64,000 nucleotides of DNA from Chiloscyllium plagiosum (GCF_004010195.1 NC_057719.1:54471077-54535076); one strand, 5' to 3'. Counted from the stretch's first letter, positions 1-14,477 are shown. The notes: generated from the letters alone by a model not told the origin. Program-made: numbers and translations.

Positions 1-172
1 CTATTGTACTCTCTGCTACTTTCTCCCCCCCCCCCCCCTCCTCTAGCTTATCTCTCCACGCTTCAGGCTCTCTGTCTTTATTCCTGATGAAGGGCTTTTG
101 CCCGAAACGTCAATTTTGCTGCTCGTCAGATGCTGCCTGAATTGCTGTGCTCTTCCAGCACCACTGATCCAG
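1..172 (+). mobile_element. 3' end/terminal repeat of a Penelope-like element
   Basis: C-rich tract, hammerhead core, then the gatgctgcctga...tccagcaccac terminal repeat shared with other copies. Confidence 0.85.
84..111 (+). ncRNA. Minimal type I hammerhead ribozyme core (PLE-type)
   Basis: CTGATGA-A-GGGC-TTTT-GCCC-GAAAC-GTC. Confidence 0.7.
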
Positions 173-179
173 AATATGC

Positions 180-845
180 AATCTCAGTATCCCATTCCCA
201 CTCTCTCTCTGTACCCTCGATGCCTTTAGCTGCAACTGCCATGTCCAGCTCCCTCTTGAACATATTTAATGAACTGGCCCCAATAGCTTCCTGCGGGTGA
301 GAATTCCACAGGTTCACAACTCTCTGAGTGAAGAAATTATTCCTCATCTCAGTCCTGAATGGCTTACCTTTTATTCTTAGAAGTGATCTTTAGTTCTGAA
401 CTTCCCCAGCATTGGGAACATTCTTCCTGCCCCTAGCCCATCCAGTCCCAACAGAATTTTAAATGTTGCTATGAGATTTCCCCTTATTTTTCTAAATCCC
501 AGCGAGTACAAGCCCAATTGATCCATTCTTTCCTCATATGTCAGTCCTGCCATCCCAGATATCAGTCTGGTGAACCTTCACTGGACTCCCTCAATAGCAT
601 AATTACCCTTCCTCAGTGTAGGAGACCAAGACTGCACATAATACTCAAGGTGTGACCTCGGAAAGGCCCTGTGTAACTGCAGCAAGACGTCCCTATTCAT
701 GTGCTCAGATCCTCTCGCTGTGAAGGCCAGCATGCCATTAACTGTCCACACTGCCCGCTGAACCTACATGCCAATCTTCAGTGACTATTTCACTATGACA
801 CCCAGATCTTGTTGCACCTCACCTTTTCCCAAGCTGTCACCATTC
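180..845 (-). mobile_element. CR1 LINE 3' fragment
   Basis: MRNNFFTQRVVNLWNS..FKRELD is the CR1 ORF2 C-terminus. Confidence 0.9.
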
Positions 846-1529
846 AGGTAATAAATGTAGTTCTCCCATAACATCATAATCTCATTTAATAGAAATAATT
901 ATGCCTATGGGAAAAGTGGGGTTAGGAGCTGACCATCAGAAAATAATACTCAAAAATCACCCGAAAGCCTAACACAAAGTGTAGCACAGCGTGAATGAAG
1001 GTTTGTCATTGTAGAAAGAAACAAAAGTAAATTTAACACAGTACATTTAAGAAATATTGTTAATGCAGGGATAGAGGGTCATCATCATCACCACCTTCAG
1101 GTGCAGTTGTGGTTGCAGAAGTGGATTGCCCTCTTACTGTTTCTTGGAGGTTGGTTTCCATTGTGTGATATGTAGGTACCAGAACAAATTAGAAAAGCAA
1201 ATGATATGTGAAAGAGTAATACAGTCCTACAGTAGACAGGGTTTATACAGGAATTATACAAGAATGTTCTTGTCTCAGAGAGAGAGCAATGAACATTCAT
1301 TAGTTTAATTTTTGAGATGAAGCTGCTGTTTGTATAGTAGTGTATCTCTCACATGCTCTGACAGCAGCTGACACCGCTGCATGCACAGAATAAAGCGTGC
1401 AAAATAATTGCCGCTGGAATCGCGCTATTGTGAACAGAGGTAAACATTCTTGAAAATATCGTTCCCTAAATCTTCAGTGACATTATAGCCAAATTGTGCT
1501 ACCTAAACACACTTTATATGAGAATTACC

Positions 1530-2075
1530 TGCAATCTGCCTTCCTGTTTTTGTGATCAAACTGGATAACCTAACATTTATCCACATTATATTTCATTTGC
1601 CAAGTATGTGCCCACTCAGCCAGTCTGTCCAAGTCACCATGCAGCCTCTTAGCATCCTCCTCACAGCACACACTGCCACCCAGTTTAGTGTCATCTGCAA
1701 ATTTGGAGATATGGCATTCAATTCCTTCATTCAAATCATTATTATTTATTGTGAACCTCTGGAGTCCCTGCTTATCTCATTAATCACTGCCTGCCACTCT
1801 GAAAAGGATCGATTTATTCCAACTCTCTGTTTCCTGCCTGCCAATCAGTTCTCTAACCATTACCTCCGATACTATGAACTTTAAGTTTCCTTATTAATCT
1901 CTTGTGTGGAACTTGGTCAAAAGACTTTTGAAAGTCCAGATACACAACATCTACTGATTCACCCTTGTTCAATCTACCTGCCACATCTTCAAAAAATTCC
2001 AGACGATTTGTCAAGCATGATTTCCCTTTAGTAAATCCATGCTGACTTGGACTGATTCAGTCACCACTTTCCAAA
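1530..2075 (-). mobile_element. CR1 LINE RT fragment
   Basis: Minus strand encodes SKFADDTKL and LDFQKSFD-like CR1 RT motifs. Confidence 0.8.
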
Positions 2076-3838
2076 CTCCCAGTTAACTCCCAAACACATC
2101 TGTTCACTCTGAGAGCTGACTCTGAGGGAGCTGGGTAAGTGTCAAAGATTTCCCATGTGTAAGTCAAGGGTGACTTGGTGACAGAATACCAACTTCTGTG
2201 GAGTTATTTCAGTCTCTGCTTTCTGATACCAGACAATTTTGTATCCATGTTGCTTCTGCCTTTTTCATTCCACAGGCTACAATGTAGCTCCTCTCCATTG
2301 TGTGGCATTGCATTGAACACCTTTTGGACATCCATGTACACCATATGAACTGCTTTGTTCTCATCAAACTCTGTTACCTTTGCAAAAAATATTCCAGCAA
2401 CTTAGTGAAACACAATTTTGTCTTTGGAAATCTATATTGACTTTAATCTATATTCAGAGTTACAGATGAAATGTAGATCATCTCCTAAATACTGTGCTAC
2501 TGGCAGTCGATCAGATTGATCCACTGAAAACTACGTCTGGCACTGCCACCTTTCTAGTTGGATGGAAAACATACTGCTGTAGAAAATTAAACTGAACACA
2601 CTCTAGGAATCTTCACCCCTCTCTGTTATTGTAAACCATTACTATCCCAGTCTATAATCAGATAACTAAATTCCCACATTATTATTATCTGATAATTTTT
2701 GCATCTCCTGGTCTGTTTTCTCTACTTCAGCATTTTTAAGATCTCCCACGAGAAACCCTAAGTTAAAGAAGAACCATATCTATTAATGTGCTAGCCACAA
2801 AGCTCTTCACACCATTGATGCTTAGCAGTGACACCAGTTACTGCTCAAATTCTGAAACCTGGAGCTCAAATTACTGCAACTGGCAACACTTTGTGCACAA
2901 GTGGTTTTCCAGGACACAGCAAGTGTCCCAGAGTTCCCAAACAGTACTGTTTGTACATTCTAGAGGTTGAAGCAGCCTTTCTGATACTGTTAGACATTGT
3001 TAATGTTGATAATCCTTGATATTAATAAACCTTAGTAACTCTAATACACAAAGTTAGATAAATCTCTGAATGTGTATTGGAATCAATGACAAAGGAATAA
3101 GTAGAACTTTGCTTTAGTAATGATTTATGAGCTCAAGGTCATCCACACTTTTTGAAGAATGATCGTACAAAGTCATCAGGACAGTCGTCCTAGCATCAAA
3201 GGATTGATGTTTTACTAAGTGGATAGAAAGATAACTTTGAGAGGATTTCCCATTACCACAACAATTGGCCAAGCATTGGGGTAGTTTGAAGGTATACAAC
3301 TGGGCCAGATTAGTCTGATTGTACTATAAATAACATAGCGGGGAAGAACGTTTGGAAAGGGGAAACAATGCAAGTTTATAAAAAGGAGCAGCTTGATGGA
3401 TGTGAGAAAAAGTATAAATAATGAAGAGAGCAGAGCTAGTCCAAGATAGTTCACATTTAGTCATTTTATAGCAGGAAAACCACAAAACAAAAAAAGACTT
3501 CAATGTGTGAAGGAACAATAACAAAGCACATATGTCCAGGCAGTGGAGGATGTGGATGTTTCAATTTTAGGTCTGGAGGTCTCAAGTCTCAGGAATAACT
3601 TAGACCCGGAGGAATTTGGTGAAGAGGCAGGGGACAATAGCATATGATCACTCTTGTACCAGTTGAATAAATGCATGAAGTTCCTTTAATCAGAGAAATA
3701 AAAAGATAAACAAAGAATAACAGATAATAACATCTTATCATCGGATAGTTATAATGATGGTGGACCTATTTGGTCAACATGGTAGAAACCACATGAAAGC
3801 AATGAGAGATGGGAGGCCTAAGAAGCCAAATCTGGATA

Positions 3839-4370
3839 TGTTATGGACCAGGCCAGACCCTTTCAACACATTTTAAGGTGGTAGCCTAAACCCTAAATGT
3901 TTCTTATTTTAATGGCAGATGGCTTTAAGCAAAACAGAATTTATTTAAACACAACAGGTGAAACACGAATAAAAGAAATCAAAAGAATTTAAAATAATTT
4001 AACTATTGGAAAACTTAACTGACCCAATACAGTATTTATTACTAAAAAACAATTCCAATATAGTAACATCCCACAAACACACCCCTTGCTAAATTCAAAC
4101 ACAGATTCTTACAGGCAGGAGGGAACAACATCCAAAGCAATTTCAGAATTCAGAAGAGTTCTTTACTGAAGGTCGCAGCTCCCCTGGACTCTCATATCTT
4201 GTGACTGCTACAGCTAAAAAAAACTAGAAAAAACCTAAGCTACTAGAACTGGTCACTCCCCTTCTATTGTTAAATTTGTCTCTTCCTAGACTCTTCAGCA
4301 CCTCTGCGTTTATCTCTCTTGAAAAAAGCCAGGGACAAAATAACTTTTTAAAAGTGACAACATTATTACA
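3839..4370 (-). repeat. Possible solo LTR (unclassified)
   Basis: Bounded by tgttatg...taca, with a poly(A)-signal-like tttatt; no TSD confirmed. Confidence 0.3.
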
Positions 4371-4738
4371 TAGATACTATTAAATTGGAGAAAGAAACTA
4401 AATTAAGGAATTCATAATTTTTATGATATTGTGGTTAAGTAAAATCTTCAGATGACCAGCAATAGCACCATATTGTGGAAGTTAGCTGGACTGAGTCCTC
4501 TGTTACCATCCTCTGTTTAGTTTGGGATCTACGGGGCCTGTTTTGTATACTTTGATTAAGAAGACCCACCAGATAATCTAAGAAAAGGCTCTTGTCTTGT
4601 GCATTATTGCATGATAACAGTAATGCACAAGTTCCATTCGTAAGATCAACATTGATACAAAGAGTGTTGTTGAGTGATCCAGATGGTAGGTGAGTCTCAT
4701 TTGAGTTTCAGATCTATTTTGCACATTCAAGTCTACAT

Positions 4739-4875
4739 AGTTAAAAATCAAACAACACCAGGCTATAGTCCAACAGGTTCAATTGGAAGCAATTAAACCT
4801 GTTGGACTATAACTTGGTGTTGTGTGATTTTTAACTTTGTTCCACCCCAGACCAACACCGGCATCTCCAAATCAT
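4739..4875. mobile_element. Palindromic element, second family (putative PLE terminal repeat)
   Basis: 47-nt inverted arms at 4739-4785 and 4790-4836; same family as 17255-17468 and 62860. Confidence 0.7.
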
Positions 4876-7800
4876 CACGTCCAAATGGCATTGTGTTGAA
4901 TGGCGTTTAAACATTCCTCAGCATTAATCTTTTCAGAGCCAAAGTACCCTTTAAAACAACAGACAAGCAAGGAAACTGCACTCAAGAGAAGATAGAGATG
5001 TTCTAGGTAACTTCAAGTTACTACAAATAGTATAGGAAATGGATTAAGAGTGAAAGTATAATTCTGAATACAAAATTCAATTATGACAAATGTAAAATAT
5101 GCTGCTGATTTGCTATTGCCTGTTATCCAATACTGCACAAGTCAATACTCCGCCTGTGTCCTTTATAAACTGGTCTGTTATGGAGGAATCATTGATGAAT
5201 GCAAATGTGTAACTTAGAAAGTAAAGCTGTGCTTCACCAATAAAACTGCAGTGTTCCTATAAAATTAAAAGATTTTCACAGTGTTGCATGCTTAGCGAAA
5301 ATTTGTTTCCCTGAACTCAGTTTTTAATTTAAAAACACTGCTAGGCAAAAGGCAGCTATCACTTCAGTCCCTGTGTTTCATGGAAATCTAATGCTGTTCA
5401 CTTATTTTACAAGCAATAACTGAGAATAATTTATTAGATAGGCAAAATGTAGTCAAAGCATCAAGTGCAGCACACAATTAAATTTGTGGAATATGCTCCT
5501 CACCAGAAATCTGCAAATTATTCTTAAAATCTGTTTTAACCAGAGGTAATTTTGACTTGGAACATATGTTTAGGTACGGTGGACAAGAATTCAGCTCTGG
5601 TCACAATCTAAATTCCAGGCAGAAAAATGTCTAAGATATCACTTATTTTAAGATGATTGAGAAGAAATTTGATAGCTTTATAGTCAGATGACCCATGACC
5701 TCCACGATTGTTCCAGGAATATTGATATTTTTTCATGAGCATGGATAAAAGCTTGTCAAGTTTAAAGCTAGCTAGAAATATTTTATTTTTTCCATTTGAT
5801 TTTCTCAGGTATTTTCAATTGTTACGGTTCATTTAAAAACAAGTCACATCCTGTCAAACAATTGAACCCCAGTGTCCTGCCTGAGAAGCAGGGATATTAA
5901 CCATTATACCAACAAGGAAACCTAGCTAGAGTCTGCAATTTGCAAAGTGCAAAAGTGGAACAAACAGTATTCATGCAGCCAGGGCTTAGACAATCAACTT
6001 CCTATCGAAAACAGACAGACCTGGCCAGGTGCTAACGGCCATTGTTTCAGAACAACCTGGTGTTTACATCTCCAGTGAACCTACTTTGTTGAACGAATGC
6101 TCCACTGACTTGGTGGCACCCAGCTCAGTAGGAGGCCAGAGGCGTAGCCCAAGATTCCAAACAATATTCCGCGATCTCCAAATATAGAAATTAGATACCT
6201 CAGGATCTTCCTGCCCTGTCTTGATGCTAGTATTGATCACAGATGACAGAATTTGAGAAGGGTGCAAAAGGGAGATATAATAGTTAGCCTGGAGCCACAG
6301 CTCTCTGCTTTTGCACTTTCTTAATGATGTTTCCAGGCAGACCACCACTGTGAGATAACCCAAAGACCAGAACTAGCCCTAGACAAGAACGGAAGCCCAA
6401 ATCAATTATTGTAGATCTTGAAACATCAGCCAATCCTCAATCAAAGAACAGCCTGTCCAAGGCTTATTGAATATATATTACTAATCTGCTAAGATAAACT
6501 ATTGAAATGCTATGGTAGGGACCTGTGGATATGGTCTTGCAAATCCTAGAAAGTGTGTGTCAGAAGTAAATAGCTAGTGCGGATTTATAACTCTTTACTA
6601 AACAGTCCTGTGAGGAGATTGATAGAGTTTGATAGAAATTAATTGAAGCACAATTGTTGAGTTTGATAAATATTGTTTTTCCTTGAGAAAATGTTCACTG
6701 AAGCTGCATTGGACCTCTTGTCACTCGGCCTCCCTTGTCTGTCTCACTGTAACAGGCCTGAATTTTTTTTAAAAAGTTATTGCAAACTAGTCAATGTTAG
6801 TCAGGGTACATTTACCCACCCCTTTCACTTAACAATAAAATTTTAGAAAGCTGTAAGAAGAAAACAAAAGTTAGCAATAAAATATATTCCCATATATATT
6901 GAATGTTGGTAACCTGGTACATACATATTAACTAAGTGTAAAAATCGGATTTTTGCAAAGTTAGTAATTTTCACAAGAATGTCTAGTCCATCCCAATTTT
7001 GAATAGAGGAAGTCCTATGATCTTTTGTGCTGCCTGACTTCGGGAAAATTATATTTAAAAAATTCATGCAATTAAGTGGAAATTCCAGGCCTGCGTGTAA
7101 ATAATCAAATATATCTTTCTTAATTTCATAGTCAATGGTTGTTAAAATCATGTTAAATGTATAATGGACAGCTAATCAGTTACAGCCAATTTACATCACC
7201 CACAGTGAATCTCAGAATAGAAACACAGAACAGTTAGTTATTATACTGAAAGAAGATATCTATGCTACCCCTGTAGCCCGAATTTTGTTTTTCTTCTGGG
7301 AACTTGTCCAATTTCCTTTTGAACTTTCCACCTTTACCATTCCATTGTAGAAATGACCCAAATTTGATTCCTATTCATCAGAGGGGTCATTTCTATAATG
7401 GAGAGGGGGATCAAACTTGAATAGAACATTGCTTCTAATACTTCTAACAGCAACTATAAATAACAATGAACACTTTCTGTTGACCATTATATACACCTGC
7501 GGTTAACAAGATGATGATGATGGACAACAAAAGTTTTGTCATTTCTTATATAGCCATTCATTTTTTAAAACAAATTCCCTTTAACTACATTCAAAACAAT
7601 TACCATTCACATTTCCTCACATATGCAGTGTTTCAAGTTTCTTGTTTGTACGTTATCACACTATCCATCAATAAATTGGTATCAGTTAGATGCAAAGTTA
7701 CATTCATGAATATATATTGGATTGATTTAACAATGTTAAGTGCTATATCCTGTTGCATATCTTGCAATCCTTATTACCTTTATAATGAAACCTTAGCATA

Positions 7801-8229
7801 ACAAAATGGTATTGAGTTCTTCCATAGGAACGAAATGCTATCCTATGCTGATAGTCCAATCTTTTATGAGAAATTTCCAACACTAAGATTTTTGTCAGAA
7901 TTATTAATCTTTCCTTGTCAACATCAGCTTACCATTTATCCTTAATTGATCATAATCCTTTCAGTTTGAAATACCTGCCGTGAAATATCGAGATTGAACC
8001 ACAATACCGTTTCATGGAACACATTATATATAAGTCCATAAAATGTAGGAGCAGAAATTAGACCATTCAGCCAATCACATCTGCTCCACCATTCAATCAT
8101 GGCTGATAGGCATTATCAATAAGCCTACACTTTTCAATCCAAGAAGTTCAACAGTTATCCATACTGTTTAGAACTTATCTAATTTATGTAGTGTTTATCT
8201 AGCGTCTAGATGTAAAAAAACAACAGAGT

Positions 8230-9705
8230 TATGGTGGCGGATGATTTTGACATTCCTATTATTCACTTGGAATTCCTTAGTGCCAGTGGCTTACTTGGGA
8301 CAGAATTTGTTAGGTACATCAAGGGGTGATTCTTGAAACAATATGCAGAGTCCAACTAGGGAAGGGACATTTTAGACCTTGGATTAGAGATTGAGCCTAG
8401 CCAATTGATTGAAGCTTCAGTGAGGCAATATTCTGGGAACAGTGATCATGATTCCATAAGTTTTAAGATAGTATGAAAAGGATATGACTGGTGCTCAGGA
8501 GAAAGTGCTAAATTGAGGGGGGGTGGGTGGGTGCGAAGGTTAACTATAACAATATTAAGCAGGAACCAGAAAGATTGGATTGGAGGCAGCTGTTAGAGTA
8601 AAGCTGTGGGAGCCTTTTAAAGGCCAGTTGACCAGAGTTCAGGACCAACATGTTCCTGTGAAAATGAAAGGTAAGGATAGCAAGATTGGGAAACCTTTGA
8701 GAAGATTCTTAGGGACAGGATTTACTTGCATTTGGAGAAGAATGGGAGTAGTCAGCCTGGCATTATGCAGGGAGGTCTTGTCTCACAAACGTTTTTGAGT
8801 TTTTTGAGGAATTAACAAATATAATTGATGAGGGTAAAGCAGTAGATGTTGCCATTACTAAAGCATTTGACAAGATCCCTCATGGTAGGCTGATTCAGAA
8901 GCTTAATTAAGTAGCTTAATTAAGCTTCAGAATTCAGCTTCAGAGGCTTAAGAAAGCAAGTGTAATGTTGCCATTTATCTCAAGAGGGTTGGAATGTAAA
9001 AGCAGTGATGCGCTACTGAGACTTTATAAAGCTCTGGTTAGGCCCCATTTAGAATACTGTGTCCAGTTTTGGACTCCACACCTCAGAAAGGACATACTGG
9101 CACTGGACCATGTCCAGTGGAAATTCACATGGATGATCCCTGGAATGGTAGGCCTAACATACGATGAATGGCTGAGGATCCTTAGAGTTTAGAGTTTAGA
9201 AGGTTGAGGGGGGATCTAATAGAAACTTTCAAGATAATGCATGGCTTAGAAAGGGGGGGCACTGGGAAATTGTTTCCGTCAGGCGGGGATACTAGGACTT
9301 GTGGGCACAGACTTAGAATTAGAGGGGGTCAATTTAGAATGGAAATGAGGAGACATTTCTTCAGCCAGACTGGTGAGCCTGCGGCATTCATTGCCACAGA
9401 GCGCAATAGAGACCAGGACTTTAAATGTCTTCAAGGCAGAGATTGATAAATTCTTAATCTCGCAAGGAATTAAGGGGTACTGGGAGAGTGTGGGTAAGTG
9501 GTGTTGAAATGCCCATCAGCCATGATTAAATGTTGACCCGATGGGCTGAATGGCCTTACTTCCACTCCTATTTCTTATGGTCTTATGGTCTTAATTCACA
9601 TGGGATCCATGGTGAGTTGGCAAATTGGATACAAAATTGGATTGGCCATAGAAAGCAGAGGGTAGTGGAGGAGTGTTTATTTGACTGCAGGTGCGTGAAC
9701 AGTGG
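8230..9705 (+). mobile_element. Nested CR1 fragments (younger 3' end ~8945-9591 inside an older copy)
   Basis: LYKALVRPHLEYCVQFW, RGDLIETFKIM, tail tcttatggtcttatgg; older copy resumes SHGIHGELANWIQNW. Confidence 0.9.
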
Positions 9706-11054
9706 AGGTGCAACTACTTACAATAAATTCTAGTTATCTTAGTGAGGCATCATTCTAAATTATGGGTTTCTCTCATACAAACAATTGACTAAAAGATGGA
9801 TGTAATCGAATGTACAGTTATCGATTAGTGACAAAAAAGAATAGTATATAGCTAGAATAACATGAAGATATTTTCACCATTATCACAACTATCTTTACAC
9901 TATGACCAATAAGAAAATAGCTATGGCTCTAATTATATATTGTTGCATTTGCACAACTTTACTGTGTTCCACAAATTGAAGCTATACTTTATAGTGTTTT
10001 CACTAGTGAATTTCCAATGTTCAAGAAACATTGCATGCATTTTAAAGTGCTGCTGTCATTCATTGATTAAAACATTTCAATTATAATCCAGGCCTCCAGA
10101 GGAGCTTGAGTACATACTGTCAAAATCACCTGATAAACCTGGAACTTGACTTGTTGGAGTTGGCTTCCAGATATGAATATACTTTTCACCATTTCATCTC
10201 TTGCATTAGCTTCATGCTGAAATTTCCCCAAGGATTCCTTGAGGAATTGCTCTTAATAATAATGGAAGTTTCATGCCAACAAACTATCTACTAGATTTCT
10301 GGCTTGATTTAAAACTTTGACTTTACTGTCTGTCTTCAGGAATCCTTTAAAAATTAAAAAACACATGCATAATTTTTCTGCAAATACTCTTTCACAGCCA
10401 CAAGTTGTCTCTGGATGAGCGCATTTTATAACAAAAGGCTCCCATTGCAATATTGTTAGGCAAGGTGAGTCAGTCAGCAAATATAGCCCAGCTGAGATAT
10501 TTGTAAATAATTGAATGCAACTTACAGTGATGAAATGAGGATGTTTGTAAAAACAAACTCAAACTTGTTGAGCATCTAAAATAGCAAACACAAGTCAATG
10601 TTAACCCAACACTTTGCTTTAAAATAATTATTCCCCAGTTTACCTTCCAACAATAATTCTGTTGGTCTCCTTGTTAGGGATCAGAGCTGTTTTTATTTTT
10701 AAACAGTGAAAGGAGGAAAGTTATGAAATGCTGTGAGATTTTAGTTATGTTAAGAATATCTGTGAGATGGAGCAGAGCAATTGTTTGTAGTGAAAAACAT
10801 TCTAAACTCATTCTTTATCAGTTCCTTATTTATGTTGTGAACGAAGTCTCTTGCAGGAATTCACTGAATAAACATCAATCTTCTAGACAAGAAAAAGATG
10901 AAGGCTTAAGCCAAAAGTGTACAGTGTCTTAAGTAGAACCCATTGGATGCCAAGAAGGAAGTGGTATTCAGGTGGAACCTGGAGAGTATTGTCTCAAGAG
11001 TCCTGTGCCATGGAAATGTTCACTATGTCTTGCCATAGCATAACACAGAGGAAG

Positions 11055-11262
11055 GAGGAGAAAGTGAGCAATGCAGATGCTAGAGATCAGAGTCAAAAAG
11101 TGTGGTGTTGGAAAAGCACAGCCAGTCAGGCAGCATTCGAGGTGCAGAAGAGTCAATGTTTCAAGCATAAACTCTTCATCAGGAATGTGATTCCTAATGA
11201 ACAGCTTATGCTCAAAACGTGAACTCTCCTGCTCCTCGGATGCTGCCTGACCAGCTGTGCAT
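11055..11262. mobile_element. Palindromic Penelope-terminal-repeat element (older)
   Basis: gagaaagtgag...cttcatcaggaat followed by an inverted arm; cacagaggaag duplicated at 11044 and 11265. Confidence 0.85.
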
Positions 11263-12059
11263 ATCACAGAGGAAGTAATGTTAGATCTGTTCAATGATGC
11301 TAAGGAGTAGCCATTTTCACTTAACTTAACATCTTTATAGCATTGTAATCACAATTTTTAAATGCTAGAGTTCTGTGTGATCCAAATATGCAGATTTTTA
11401 TTTATATTTACCGAACCCCCAGATACAAATAGTTGTTAGAGGCACCCACTTATTTTTGGATTTACGTACATCTGCATAACGCCCAGATTTTGCTTTTGTC
11501 TTTTAATTATGCTGGATAGGAAATACAATTAAGGCAAACGGGCTTCACAAGTGCAAGAATCATTGTTTGGATTTTGTGGAAGAATGCTCACTGTGTTTTG
11601 AGGTTTTAGAGAGTCAAAACAGCATGTCATCTTCCATAGTGGGGAAGGAAATGCATTTCTTCAATCAGAACAAAGAATCCTTGCTGTGGCATGTGGGGTG
11701 CAGTTTTAATCACATTTGTGAGGGGTGAAATTGGTGTGTCCCTGTTTTGATAATAGTATCCCTGAGGATGTGTCAGTCTTCCAAGGTATTTGGAATGCAA
11801 CACTATCCAACTATCATCCAACTAACTATCCATTAACATCTTGGAGGATGCTGCTCATGAGTTTGAGAGGAGCAGAAGACAACCTTCAAAGGCAGATCAA
11901 ATAAAATTGGACATTGGATTACAAACTAATTGGATGAAATGTAGGGAGCCATTAAGGTTTATTTATGCTTAACTAAAAGTGTTAATAATTCACAGATTGT
12001 CTACGTTTTCACTGACCACTTGTCTGCATCATCAGATTGCTGGCTCTCAAATCTCTTGA

Positions 12060-12500
12060 GTTCTCTATTGTACATTTGGTCTTGGGCACCTCCATCAGGG
12101 CAGGTGTCTTCTTAAATTCTCACACCAGTGTTTCAGTAACACCAAACTCCTTCATTACAGCACAGTTGTTTGATGAGTTGACGAAAGCTTCAACTTTTAG
12201 TTTTTAACTAGCTTTATACATCATTCATTTTGTTGGAAGAATCAGTTGTCTTCATAGTTTTTCACAGAGACCTGCTGTGTATGGAGTGTCTTAAACTTCC
12301 ATGCACTTTCAAAACGTCACTCACGTGAATGTATGGAAGGTCAGCAAAACATACATTTGTGGGATGAAATATTGATGCTCACTACTAATGTGTATGTTGT
12401 GACTGAAAAAAGGTAATTCATTAATTTACCAAATATATTTAAAAAGCAATTTTTGGAGCAAGGAAATAAGGTTGTCTTATACACTAAGTTGACTTCTGCA
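12060..12500 (-). mobile_element. pogo/Tigger-like DNA transposon relic (Brinker-type DNA-binding domain)
   Basis: Minus from 12221: MYKAS*KLKVEAFVNSSNNCAVMKEFGVTETLV*EFKK..MEVPKTKC resembles POGK-like transposase N-termini (FKLKV..NNCAAAREFGV..VRDWRK). Confidence 0.6.
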
Positions 12501-12715
12501 CCCAGGATCCACAACAAATATGCATTTTAATATTTAGACCTTTCAAAGACCCAGCAACTAATATCGTCAGAACTAACATCTCACAAGTGCAAAAGTTAAT
12601 TCTCAGTGTTGGAAGAGTTGTTTAGCACTAATTAGGATTTAGTATGCCATTTTAAAATTCAGCGTTGTTAAACAGACATTTTGTTAAAGCTTTGTCTTAG
12701 ATTCATCAGGACATT

Positions 12716-12841
12716 GGAGAATGTGAGGACTGCAGATGCTGGAGATCAGAGTCAAGAGTGTTTTGCTGGAAAAGCACAGCAGGTCAGACAGCATCCGAGG
12801 AGCAGGAGAATCGATGTTTCGGGCATAAGCCCTTCATCAGG
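12716..12841 (-). mobile_element. Single Penelope terminal-repeat insertion
   Basis: ggagaatgtgaggactgcagatgctgg...cccttcatcagg; ttcatcaggacatt on both sides. Confidence 0.85.
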
Positions 12842-13499
12842 ACATTCACAAGAACACCAATGTAGGGGAACTACATTTCATACTGAATGAGAAGAGAATG
12901 CTGATTGGCAGAGGCTGCTTGCCAAAGTTCAGTTGTCAACAAATCAAAAATCTCAATGTCATAAAGGTGGTTGCAGAGCTAGACAAATGGAACAGCAATT
13001 TCCTGATTTTCAAGTCTAATGGTACATGTGTTTTCAAAAGTTACTGTCGAAGATGCTCCTTAATAATGGTGAATGTCTTAAGCCCACCATGATTTTTTTA
13101 ATCAAGGCTCATTTATTAAATGGTAGGTTACAAATGTTGTTTACTTTGATGTAGTAATTTAATTTATACCTTGAGAAAAGGCAGGACAGGAAACAAAGCT
13201 CTAAAAGTCCTTAAGTGCACAGCAAACAACTATATCATAATTTTACATGGATCTTAAAGGGTATAAACTGACTACTCAATCCAACCAGTGATAATGCTCA
13301 TTCTAGTAACATACCCTCTTGTTCTTTCTCCCTTATATTTTTATATTTTGTATTAAATGATCTCTGTTGACATAGGGAAGGAAAAAACCCAGCAAAGGCT
13401 AAATTTCATCCCCCATAACAGAAAAGTGGGAGACAGTTATGGAAGCAGTCAAGTATGAAAATTTGCACAAAACTGAAGAGTGTTGATGCTGCAGAAAGG

Positions 13500-13586
13500 T
13501 CTCTGGATCTGAAACATTGACTCTGCTTTCTCTCTATAGATGCAGCCAGACCTGCTGATTTTCTCCAGCAATTTCTGCTCTTGTTC
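13500..13586 (+). repeat. Old Penelope terminal-repeat relic
   Basis: gaaacattgactctgctttctctc...gatgcagccagacctgctga; similar to ~49787-49870 and ~51858-51975. Confidence 0.55.
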
Positions 13587-14156
13587 AAAACTTGCACTGT
13601 TGGCTGCTGCTCTGTTTTGATGACAACATTCCAACCCAGGGCCACTTCCTCAAAGAATACACTCCAATGTTAACCTTATCCCTCAGCATTGTTTGAACAT
13701 TTTGTTTCAGTCCTATTATGTAGGCGACCAAACTCAGAGCTCCGTCACCAGTGGAATGTAACCTGTCCCAGACAGCTGTGTATCAGGGTGACACTCTGGG
13801 TGATCGTGACTGTCCATGAGTCATAGCACTTGATATCCCAGTATCCCTCACCCTTTGACACCTAATTGACCGGATGGAAGGTTTGGATACAAGATCATAA
13901 GGGAGCACTGAATGAACCAGTGTTATAGAGTGTTAATGTAATCTGGTCTCTTGTTTACTGGTGGTCCACATTTCCCATATCTTACTGATTAATGCTAAAT
14001 TGCTGGGGCTGAATGACTAAATGAATCACTCCATTCTCGGAGTCTACTTCCGGTATCCAAGAGTTTGTGGATTTTACACCAATGGAAAGCAAATCTCTAG
14101 AGGTCCAGAAGTTTCTTCTTCAAACAAAGGGAAGCATACATTTTTTATACATTTGT

Positions 14157-14477
14157 TTAGACTAATTAGATTAGATTACATTATAGTGTGGAAACAGGCC
14201 TTTCGGCCCAACAAGTCCACACCGCCCCGCTGAAGCGCAACCCACCCATACCCCTACATTTACCCCTTACCTAACACTACGGGCAATTTAGCATGGCCAA
14301 TTCACCAGACCTGCACATCTTTGGACTGTGGGAGGAAACCGGAGCACCCGGAGGAAACCCACAGAGACACGGGGAGAATGTGCAAACTCCACACAGTCAG
14401 TCGCCTGAGCCGGGAGTTGAACCCGGGTCTCCAGCGCTGTGAGGCAGCAATGCTAACCACTGTGCCACCGTGCCGCC
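14157..14477 (-). mobile_element. HE1-type tRNA-derived SINE
   Basis: Minus head GGCGGCACGGTGGCACAGTGGTTAGCA (box A), GGGTTCAACTCCC (box B), TGTGTGGAGTTTGCACATTCTCCCC core, (TCTAA)n tail. Confidence 0.92.

Noticed and set aside
14400..14477. tRNA-like box A/box B sequence
   Set aside because: It is the head of a multi-copy SINE, not a tRNA gene
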